Source: Coprothermobacterota bacterium (GTDB lineage Bacteria; Caldisericota; JANLFM01). Taken from it: 64,000 nt of DNA. Below the pieces are notes generated by a model that was given only the letters and a program-made list of their open reading frames with translations, ran no database searches and was not told the origin of the DNA. Shown in pieces: positions 54,851 to 61,992 of this stretch. A program made the translations under genes and the position numbers. The DNA lies in contig JAPLHV010000020.1 of assembly GCA_026389455.1 (NCBI GenBank), positions 16,447-80,446 of the forward strand. The letters run 5' to 3'. Within the stretch, counting starts at the first letter, position 1. Every line of letters starts with the position of its first letter.

Positions 54851-56197
54851 TTGTCTACTGAGCTCTCCCGTTTACCTCCCCACAATCTAGACGCGGAGCA
54901 GGCGGTCTTAGGTTCCTTGCTGTTGGATCGGGATGTGATCGCCCAGGTTCTGGAGATACTTAGCCCAATCGATTTTTATCGTGAACCGCATGCCATCATC
55001 TTCTCGGCTATCGCCGACCTATTGGAACGTGGGGAGCCGGTCGATATCGTGACGGTAGTGGATAGCCTGCGCAATCAAGGAAAGCTGGAGACGGTGGGGG
55101 GGAGTTCCTACATTGCCTCCCTTGCCTCGGTGGTTCCAACTGCCTCAAATGCACTCTACTATTCGCGCATTGTCGAACAAAAATCCGTTCTGCGTCGCCT
55201 CATTGAGGCTGGAACGAGAATCGCTGCCCTTGGTTACGACACGGACACCCCCCTTGAGGAATTGATCGACCAATCCGAAAAACTGGTTTTCGCCATTGCC
55301 CAACGGCGCCTTTCCACGGATTTCGTGGAGATCAAGGGATTGGTTACCGAGGTATATGCGCGGATCGATAATCTATTCCACAATAAGCGCTTGACCACCG
55401 GCGTACGGACCGGGTTCGACGCCCTGGATCGCATGACCGCCGGCTTCCAGTCTTCCGACATGGTCATCGTGGCCGCTCGACCCTCGGTGGGCAAGACATC
55501 CTTCTGCCTCAATGTGGCCGAACATGTCGCATTGAGGGAGAAGCTTCCTGTCGCCATATTTTCACTGGAGATGAGCAAAGAACAGTTGGTCCAGCGGATG
55601 ATCTGTTCCCAGGCGCGCGTCGATGCCCAAAAGGTGCGCACGGGCTTCCTCAGCAACGAAGACATGGAGCGCCTCAGCAACTCGGTGCCAGAGCTTTACC
55701 AAGCCCCCATCTACATCGACGATACACCCGGAATCACCCTCATGGAGATTCGTGTCAAGACGAGGCGCTTGAAGATGGAACGAGGTTTGGGAATCGTCGT
55801 GGTTGATTACCTGCAGTTGATGTCCAACCGGACCCGGGCCGAGAATCGCGTGCAAGAGATCTCTGAGATGACGCGTGGTCTGAAAAACCTCGCCCGAGAA
55901 CTGCAAGTCCCTATCATCGTCGTCTCACAGCTCTCCCGTGAGGTGGAGAAACGCGAGGGGAAGAAGCCTCAACTATCAGATTTGAGAGAGTCCGGTTCCA
56001 TTGAACAAGATGCAGACACGGTCTTAATGCTCTTCCGAGAGGATCTCTACAAAACACGTGAGAGCGGCGATCAAACCGGCGCCACGGACATCATCATCGC
56101 CAAGCAGCGCAATGGGCCAATCGGAACCATCAAGTTGAAGTTCATCAAAGAATACACCCGCTTCGAGAACTTGGGCGCCCACGGTGAGTCCTTCTAA
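54851..56197 (+). CDS. dnaB: Replicative DNA helicase DnaB
   Basis: PPHNLDAEQAVLGSLL, Walker A ARPSVGKTSF and IVVVDYLQLM. Confidence 0.95.
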   Translation: MSTELSRLPPHNLDAEQAVLGSLLLDRDVIAQVLEILSPIDFYREPHAIIFSAIADLLERGEPVDIVTVVDSLRNQGKLETVGGSSYIASLASVVPTASNALYYSRIVEQKSVLRRLIEAGTRIAALGYDTDTPLEELIDQSEKLVFAIAQRRLSTDFVEIKGLVTEVYARIDNLFHNKRLTTGVRTGFDALDRMTAGFQSSDMVIVAARPSVGKTSFCLNVAEHVALREKLPVAIFSLEMSKEQLVQRMICSQARVDAQKVRTGFLSNEDMERLSNSVPELYQAPIYIDDTPGITLMEIRVKTRRLKMERGLGIVVVDYLQLMSNRTRAENRVQEISEMTRGLKNLARELQVPIIVVSQLSREVEKREGKKPQLSDLRESGSIEQDADTVLMLFREDLYKTRESGDQTGATDIIIAKQRNGPIGTIKLKFIKEYTRFENLGAHGESF

Positions 56198-56269
56198 GCA
56201 GGGTTTGAGAGCTAGAGTGTGAAGCCTGAAAACGACCCTGCTGCACCGTGTAGGTAAAAAGTGGCTGGT

Positions 56270-56298
56270 TTGCCGGTTCGCCCCTTTTTTCCTATAAT
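56270..56298 (+). promoter_or_regulatory. Sigma-70-type promoter for tRNA-Lys
   Basis: TTGCCG (56270-56275), a 17-nt spacer, then TATAAT (56293-56298), about 30 nt upstream of the tRNA. Confidence 0.55.
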
Positions 56299-56329
56299 TA
56301 GGGCTTGTTCCAGCGCTGGCAGTACGCGT

Positions 56330-56405
56330 GGGCCGTTAGCTCAGTTGGTAGAGCATCTGCCTTTTAAGCAGGGGGTCGCAGGTTCGAGTCCTGCACGGCT
56401 CACCA
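56330..56405 (+). tRNA. tRNA-Lys (anticodon UUU), encoded CCA
   Basis: GGGCCGTTAGCTCAGTTGGTAGAGCATCTGCCTTTTAAGCAGGGGGTCGCAGGTTCGAGTCCTGCACGGCTCACCA, with anticodon loop CTTTTAA. Confidence 0.93.
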
Positions 56406-56480
56406 AAACCTTCACGCATCTCAGGCGACCCAAGGAAGGAAGATCGATCAAGTCATCGTGCTGAGGCCGGAGAAGGAATC

Positions 56481-57353
56481 GTGTGCCAACTGATTGTCCA
56501 CGGAGGAGCCGGGAAAGTCCGTAATTCCCGGTCATACCGAGAGGGAGTGGAAGAAGCCCTTCGCCGTGGTTTCGCTGTACTGGAGAAGGAAGGCGCTTTG
56601 GAAGCCGTCATGGCAGCCGTCCTCTCTCTTGAGGAAAACCCGTTGTTCAACTGCGGGACCGGGTCTGCTTTGAATTTGGACGGAGAGGCGGAGATGGATG
56701 CCTCCGTCATGACCAGCGAGGATCGTTTTGGAGCAGTGGGCTCTGTAAAACGGGTCGAGCACCCCATCTTGCTTGCCAAGCGTGTGATGGAGGAGACGGA
56801 CCACCTCTTGATCGTCGGAGATGGAGCAGAACGCCTGGCTCGTTTCTGGGGATACCCACTTTACGATCCTGTTATTGAGAGCCGTAGGGATGAGCTGGAG
56901 GATGTCAAACGCAAGGGCAGCGCTTTCCTTCCCAAACTGCACAGCTTTCTAGGGGAAGAGGCGAAGGGAACCGTCGGTGCAGTGGCTCGCGATCGGATGG
57001 GTCGCATCGCTGTCGCCACTTCCACAGGAGGGTACGCCGCCAAGGCTCCCGGACGCATCGGAGATTCGGCTATCTTGGGCGCCGGAACCTATGCCTCGCG
57101 CTGGGGAGGCGCGTCAGCCACAGGGCATGGCGAGCAAATCTGGCGGCAACTTCTCTGCTTCGAAGCAGTAGAGGAGATGCGGCTTCACCCTGCCGGGGAA
57201 GTGATCTCGCGTCTGGTGAGAGAAGCCAAGGAGCAGGGTTGTAGCTGCGGTTTAATCGGAATCGATTGGCGAGGGCGCATGGCTCAGGCCTTCAACGCGG
57301 AAGCGATGCTCTGGGGAACTATAGAAAATGGGCAGTTGACGCTCGATGCGTAG
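56481..57353 (+). CDS. Isoaspartyl peptidase / L-asparaginase (Ntn-hydrolase, plant-type) paralog 1
   Basis: LIVHGGAG, NCGTGSALNLDGEAEMDASVM and the autoprocessing site GTVGAVARD. Confidence 0.85.
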   Translation: MCQLIVHGGAGKVRNSRSYREGVEEALRRGFAVLEKEGALEAVMAAVLSLEENPLFNCGTGSALNLDGEAEMDASVMTSEDRFGAVGSVKRVEHPILLAKRVMEETDHLLIVGDGAERLARFWGYPLYDPVIESRRDELEDVKRKGSAFLPKLHSFLGEEAKGTVGAVARDRMGRIAVATSTGGYAAKAPGRIGDSAILGAGTYASRWGGASATGHGEQIWRQLLCFEAVEEMRLHPAGEVISRLVREAKEQGCSCGLIGIDWRGRMAQAFNAEAMLWGTIENGQLTLDA

Positions 57354-57403
57354 AAGAATCAGACCACCTTGTTTGCTATAAAGGCAATGGGGTAAGCGGC
57401 ATC

Positions 57404-58303
57404 ATGCAACTTATCGTCCACGGTGGGGCTTGGAACGATCATGGGGGATCTTGGCGCGAGGTCTCCGGTGAAAGTTATCAAGAGGGTATGCGACGGGCGC
57501 TTGACCGCGGGATTGCCGCACTAGAGAGGGAAAACGCGCTGGAAGCAGTCATTGCCTCCATTGAGGTTCTTGAGGATGACCCTCTTTTCAATTGTGGGTC
57601 CGGTTCTTCCTTGAATCTTGACGGGAAAGCCCAGATGGACGCCGCCGTGATGACCAGCGAAGGGATGTTCGGGGCGGTGGCGGCTCTAGAGAATGTGCAG
57701 CACCCGATCGATGTGGCGCGTGAAGTGATGACGCGCACCGATCATCTCCTCCTGGTGGGGGAAGCCGCTACGAGGTTTGCTCGCTCCTGCGGTTTTCCTC
57801 CCTACGATCCGACCACAGACTCGCAACGGTCTCTATGGCGTGAGATCGTTGGCCAGGGGCAGGCCAATCTTCTTCCCCACCTGGAGAATTTCCGAGGGTT
57901 GCAGCGTTGCAGTGATACGGTTGGAGCAGTAGCCAGAGACCGAAGTGGGCGGTTGGCAGTGGCTTGCTCCACCGGAGGTTTGGCTGGGAAGCTCCCGGGC
58001 CGGGTTGGCGACACGCCGATCTTAGGAGCTGGGCTTTTTGCCTCTCGTTGGGGAGGCGCCGCCGCTACCGGCCACGGGGAACAGATCATGCGCCGTTTAC
58101 TGGCTTTCCGCGCAGTTCAGATGATGCGCCGGGAGCCTGTCTTGAAAGCTGTCGCCACTCTTCTGCCTGAGGATCCGCGGACCTTCGCAGGAGGCCTTAT
58201 CGGGATCGACTGGCGCGGTCAGATCGGTTATTACGCCAATACCGAAAGGATGCCTCTGGGCATCTATGATAGAGGAAAGATTCTGATTCGTTCCTTGGAC
58301 TAA
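57404..58303 (+). CDS. Isoaspartyl peptidase / L-asparaginase paralog 2
   Basis: MQLIVHGGAW, NCGSGSSLNLDGKAQMDAAVM and DTVGAVARD; tandem to paralog 1. Confidence 0.85.
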   Translation: MQLIVHGGAWNDHGGSWREVSGESYQEGMRRALDRGIAALERENALEAVIASIEVLEDDPLFNCGSGSSLNLDGKAQMDAAVMTSEGMFGAVAALENVQHPIDVAREVMTRTDHLLLVGEAATRFARSCGFPPYDPTTDSQRSLWREIVGQGQANLLPHLENFRGLQRCSDTVGAVARDRSGRLAVACSTGGLAGKLPGRVGDTPILGAGLFASRWGGAAATGHGEQIMRRLLAFRAVQMMRREPVLKAVATLLPEDPRTFAGGLIGIDWRGQIGYYANTERMPLGIYDRGKILIRSLD

Positions 58304-58304
58304 T

Positions 58305-58346
58305 CAGCCTTCGGCAGAAGAAGACATGCTGCCGCAGGCTGGCTGC
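58305..58346. repeat. Single element (GCAGG variant) forming a hairpin with an adjacent inverted partial copy
   Basis: CAGCCTTCGGCAG - 11-nt loop - CTGCCGCAGGCTG (13-bp stem, 1 mismatch), starting 2 nt after the asparaginase paralog 2 stop. The flank AGACATG is as in the other GCAGG copies. Confidence 0.8.
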
Positions 58347-58393
58347 TAATGCACCGCAAGGAGCGACTCCACACAGCCCCTGGGATCGCGACC

Positions 58394-58422
58394 TTGCGAG
58401 GGAGGATGCGATCGGGTAGACT
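58394..58422 (+). promoter_or_regulatory. Candidate promoter for the tRNA-Glu/tRNA-Gln pair
   Basis: TTGCGA (58394-58399), a 17-nt spacer, then TAGACT (58417-58422). Confidence 0.45.
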
Positions 58423-58438
58423 ATCTCCGGCTTTTTGC

Positions 58439-58514
58439 GCCCCCATAGTCTAGTGGCCGAGGACATCGCCCTTTCAAGGCGAAGACGGCGGTTCAATTCC
58501 GCCTGGGGGTACCA
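58439..58514 (+). tRNA. tRNA-Glu (anticodon UUC), encoded CCA
   Basis: GCCCCCATAGTCTAGTGGCCGAGGACATCGCCCTTTCAAGGCGAAGACGGCGGTTCAATTCCGCCTGGGGGTACCA, with anticodon loop CTTTCAA. Confidence 0.9.
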
Positions 58515-58580
58515 TAGTTTTCGAAAAGAACGTCTGAACCGAGTCGAAGCGGATGCTGGAACTCGTCAGGTATTTTTCGC

Positions 58581-58654
58581 TGGGGAGTCGTCCAGTGGTA
58601 GGACAGCGGACTTTGGATCCGCCGACGGTGGTTCGAGCCCATCCTCCCCAGCCA
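58581..58654 (+). tRNA. tRNA-Gln (anticodon UUG), encoded CCA
   Basis: TGGGGAGTCGTCCAGTGGTAGGACAGCGGACTTTGGATCCGCCGACGGTGGTTCGAGCCCATCCTCCCCAGCCA, with anticodon loop CTTTGGA. Confidence 0.9.
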
Positions 58655-58664
58655 AAACGAACAA

Positions 58665-59669
58665 GTGAGGATCATGCAAGAGCGCTTGTACGCAGTCGTG
58701 TTGGCAGCTGGCATGGGTAAGCGAATGAAATCCGCACTCCCCAAGGTCTTGCACTCCTTACTGGGGCGGCCGATGATTTCCTACGCCTTGGATTCCTTAA
58801 GACCGCTGAACTTGGCGCAGACAGTGATCGTCGTCGGCTATGGTGGGGAACAGGTGCAAGAGCAAATCGGGTCCGGCTACCGTTATGTGTGGCAGGATCA
58901 CCAGCTTGGGACTGGACACGCCTTGCAGCAAGCCAGGGAAGTCTTGAGTGAGGAGACCGGGACATTGCTGGTCTTGCCGGGAGACATCCCTTTATTGCGA
59001 GCCGATCATCTCTCTCGTTTGTTGGAAGTTCACCAGGAATCGAAGTGTTTGGGTTCAGTTCTGACTGCTGATGTGGAGGATCCTTCTCTCCTGGGGCGTG
59101 TTCGTCGCAATGCCGATGGCGCCTTCGACTCGATCATTGAGGAAGCGGATGCCGGCCCCGCCGAGAAGACTATCCATGAGGCGTCCACTTCAGTCTACGC
59201 ATTTTCTCTACCGGCGGTCTTCGACTACCTGGAGCGTCTCTGCCCCGAAAACGCCCAAGGCGAGTATTACCTGAACGATGTGCTGCCGATGATGCGGCAA
59301 GCGGGAAATGTGCAAGTTGTCAGAGTAGATGATATTCCCATCATCGGAGTCAATGATCGAGTGCAGTTAAGTCAATGCCGGCGTATCTTGCATGACCGCA
59401 TATTGCGCCAGTGGATGAGAGCAGGAGTCACCATGGAAGACCCGAGCAGCGTCTCTTTGGACTGGGAAGTGCGCTTGAAGCCGGATACCGTGATCAAGCC
59501 TTTTACTGTTCTGGAAGGCGCCTGCCGTATCGGTCAAGGTTGTGTGCTGGGACCCTTCCTGCATTTAGTTGACGCCGTCATCCCGGACGGGACACGCTGC
59601 CGCGGGCTGTCGTGCTGCCGGGGGCTGTCATCCATGCAAGGCCTGTCCAATCGAGGAGAGGAACGATGA
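58665..59669 (+). CDS. GlmU-like sugar-1-phosphate nucleotidyltransferase with a truncated left-handed beta-helix (acetyltransferase) domain
   Basis: N-terminal VVLAAGMGKRMKSALPKVLH and GTGHAL. Only about 334 aa against roughly 450 for GlmU. The C-terminus (…[14 protein letters not shown]…) is encoded by the repeat at 59590-59633. The position upstream of prs matches glmU synteny. Confidence 0.72.
   Translation: MRIMQERLYAVVLAAGMGKRMKSALPKVLHSLLGRPMISYALDSLRPLNLAQTVIVVGYGGEQVQEQIGSGYRYVWQDHQLGTGHALQQAREVLSEETGTLLVLPGDIPLLRADHLSRLLEVHQESKCLGSVLTADVEDPSLLGRVRRNADGAFDSIIEEADAGPAEKTIHEASTSVYAFSLPAVFDYLERLCPENAQGEYYLNDVLPMMRQAGNVQVVRVDDIPIIGVNDRVQLSQCRRILHDRILRQWMRAGVTMEDPSSVSLDWEVRLKPDTVIKPFTVLEGACRIGQGCVLGPFLHLVDAVIPDGTRCRGLSCCRGLSSMQGLSNRGEER
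59590..59633 (+). repeat. Core-family array, 18-bp period, 2 cores (one CGCGGG, one GGGGG)
   Basis: GGACACG-CTGCCGCGGGCTGTCGTG-CTGCCGGGGGCTGTCATCC. Confidence 0.88.
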
Positions 59670-60661
59670 GCTTGGAAGAGCAGACAGCCCCCGGCAGGGA
59701 GTTTCATCTATTCAGCGGGAATGCCAATCTAGCCCTGGCCCAAGAGGTCGCCGATTTTCTCCATATTCCTCTCGGCGCCATGGAAGCATCGCGCTTCCCG
59801 GACGGCGAGATCCATGTCCGTTGCCAAGAGAGCGTGCGCGGACAGGATGTCTTCCTCCTCCAGCCGACTTGCCCACCCGTCAACGAGAACTTGGTGGAAT
59901 TGCTGGTCATGATCGACTCGCTGAAACGAGCGTCGGCCAGGAGCATCACCGCCATCGTGCCATACTACGGCTACGGTCGCCAGGATCGCAAGACCAAGCC
60001 GCGAGAGCCGATCACTGCTAAATTGGTGGCCGACTTGTTGACGGTGGCCGGAGCCAATCGAGTGGTGGCTGTTGACCTTCATGCCGGCCAGATCCAGGGC
60101 TTCTTCAACATCCCCTTCGACAATCTGACAGCCAGCCTGCTCTTTCAAGACTACTTCCTTAAGAAAAAAGGTCTGCAAGAGGCAGTAGTGGTCTCACCCG
60201 ACATCGGCCGGGTTCCCCGAACCCGCATTCTCTCGGATAAACTGAACTACTCCCTGGCCATCGTTGAGAAGCGTCGCATGGGCCCTGACCGAGTGGAAAC
60301 GATGGGAGTGATCGGGGACGTCAGCGGGAAGGTGGCAGTCCTGGTGGACGACATGATTACCACCGGGAAGACGCTGCTCTCTGCTGCCGACACGATCTAT
60401 AAGGCCGGAGCGCGGCAGATCATCGCTGCTTGCACCCACGCGGTCCTTTGTGGCGACTCGGTGAAAATGCTTGCCGATTCTCCAATTGCCGAATTAGTGG
60501 TGACCAATACTGTTCCCATCCCCCCTGAAAAGATGATCGACAAGATTAAGGTCCTCTCCGTGGCGCCGCTCTTGGGGGAAGGGATCACCCGCATCCGCGA
60601 GAACCGTTCCATCTCAGACCTCTTCAGCTACGGTTCATCCGAACAAATCGCCCTGTATTAG
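59666..60661 (+). CDS. prs: Ribose-phosphate pyrophosphokinase
   Basis: HLFSGNANLALAQEVA, the PRPP-binding VLVDDMITTGKTL, and the RBS GAGGAGAGG. N-terminal codons 8-12 (APGRE) are encoded by a reverse-oriented repeat element. Confidence 0.93.
   Translation: MSLEEQTAPGREFHLFSGNANLALAQEVADFLHIPLGAMEASRFPDGEIHVRCQESVRGQDVFLLQPTCPPVNENLVELLVMIDSLKRASARSITAIVPYYGYGRQDRKTKPREPITAKLVADLLTVAGANRVVAVDLHAGQIQGFFNIPFDNLTASLLFQDYFLKKKGLQEAVVVSPDIGRVPRTRILSDKLNYSLAIVEKRRMGPDRVETMGVIGDVSGKVAVLVDDMITTGKTLLSAADTIYKAGARQIIAACTHAVLCGDSVKMLADSPIAELVVTNTVPIPPEKMIDKIKVLSVAPLLGEGITRIRENRSISDLFSYGSSEQIALY
59684..59705 (-). repeat. Single reverse-oriented element inside the prs 5' end
   Basis: ACAGCCCCCGGCAGGGAGTTTC, inverted relative to 59590-59633. 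Confidence 0.85.
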
Positions 60662-60676
60662 GAAAGGAGAATATTC

Positions 60677-61312
60677 ATGGCAGAAGTCCGATTAGAGGCA
60701 TCCCGAAGGGCTGCCACAACCAAGGGGGAAACACACGGCTTACGGCGGCAGGGATGGATTCCCGCTGTCGTGTATGGCAAAAACATTGAGCCGATAGCCA
60801 TCGCCGTTGATCACAAAGGCTTCGTCAAGGCACTGGAGCGGAGTGGCTCCAACGCCATCTTCAGCTTACTGGTAGAGGGTGAAACCAAACCAGTCGTGAC
60901 GATTGTGAAGGAACTGCAGCGCGAGCCCGTCTACCGAACCATCCAGCACATTGATTTTCATGCCATCTCCCTGGAATTAGTGATCAGCGCCCATGTACCG
61001 CTCCATTTGCGCGGAACTCCTATCGGCGTCAAGGAGGGCGGCATTATGCAAGAGAATCTTCACCAAGTTGAAGTAGAGTGCCTGCCGATGGACATCCCTA
61101 GTTACCTGGCAGTAGATGTCAGCGGGTTGGGCATCGGTGATAGCCTATTCGCCGCAGACTTGGTTCTTCCAGAGAAAGTAAGACTCGTCACCGATGCCGG
61201 CACGGCTGTAGTTACTTTGATTCCACCCGAGAAGGAAGAGGTTGTTGAGACACCCGCTGTCGTGGCGGAAGCTCCTAGCAAATCTGCCGAGAGGACTGCC
61301 AAAGAAGCGTAA
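60677..61312 (+). CDS. rplY: 50S ribosomal protein L25 / general stress protein Ctc
   Basis: GETHGLRRQGWIPAVVYGK...HIDFH, with a C-terminal extension typical of the Ctc form. Confidence 0.9.
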   Translation: MAEVRLEASRRAATTKGETHGLRRQGWIPAVVYGKNIEPIAIAVDHKGFVKALERSGSNAIFSLLVEGETKPVVTIVKELQREPVYRTIQHIDFHAISLELVISAHVPLHLRGTPIGVKEGGIMQENLHQVEVECLPMDIPSYLAVDVSGLGIGDSLFAADLVLPEKVRLVTDAGTAVVTLIPPEKEEVVETPAVVAEAPSKSAERTAKEA

Positions 61313-61319
61313 TCTTGAA

Positions 61320-61437
61320 GGACTCCCTGCCGGGGGCTGTAGTCTCCCTGCCGGGGGCTGTCAAGATGCCGGGGGCTGTCAAGATGCCGGGGGCTGTCAA
61401 GATGCCGGGGGCTGTCAAGATGCCGGGGGCTAGACTG
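61320..61437 (+). repeat. Core-family array: 2 cores 21 bp apart, then 18-bp units (GCCGGGGGCTGTCAAGAT) x3 plus a terminal core
   Basis: GGACTCC-CTGCCGGGGGCTGTAGTCTCC-CTGCCGGGGGCTGTCAAGAT-(GCCGGGGGCTGTCAAGAT)x3-GCCGGGGGCT-AGACTG. The unit is identical to the argS array. Confidence 0.93.
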
Positions 61438-61992
61438 ATCGTCGGTCTGGGCAATCCGGGGACGGAATACCGGTGCAGCCGGCACAACATCGGTTTCCGC
61501 ATCGCCCAAGCCTTTGCTGAGGAACGACGGGTTCTTCCTTGGAGGAAGCGTTTTCATGGAAAGATCGCGGTAGGAGAAGGGTGGTTGCTTCTCCTACCGC
61601 AGACTTTTATGAACCTGTCCGGACTAGCTGTTGCCGGGGCCAGTAGTTTCTATCACATCCAGGCGGAGGAGATCCTGGTGATCCACGATGATGCAGACCT
61701 GCCGCTGGGCGAGATCCGCTTCAAGCATGGAGGCTCCTCCGGAGGTCACCAAGGGGTGGCGTCGATCCTGCAATACGTACGAAAAGCTGAATTTGATCGG
61801 CTTCGCTTCGGCGTAGGTCGAGAAGCTGGGAAAAAAGCTCTAGATTTTATCCTCGAACCTTTCTTGCCGGAGGATGAAGGTTGTCTTCCGGCGCTAATCG
61901 AGCAAGCTCAACGCGGTATCGACTGCTGGCTAGAGGAGGGTATCGCGATGTGCATGAACCGCTTCAACAAGAAGAACCTCCTCGCCCCATGA
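61420..61992 (+). CDS. pth: Peptidyl-tRNA hydrolase; the start codon is supplied by the last repeat unit (alternatives ATG 61366/61384/61402)
   Basis: MPGARLIVGLGNPGTEYRCSRHNIGF matches the canonical Pth N-terminus M-x-LIVGLGNPG..Y..TRHN.GF. Confidence 0.9.
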   Translation: MPGARLIVGLGNPGTEYRCSRHNIGFRIAQAFAEERRVLPWRKRFHGKIAVGEGWLLLLPQTFMNLSGLAVAGASSFYHIQAEEILVIHDDADLPLGEIRFKHGGSSGGHQGVASILQYVRKAEFDRLRFGVGREAGKKALDFILEPFLPEDEGCLPALIEQAQRGIDCWLEEGIAMCMNRFNKKNLLAP

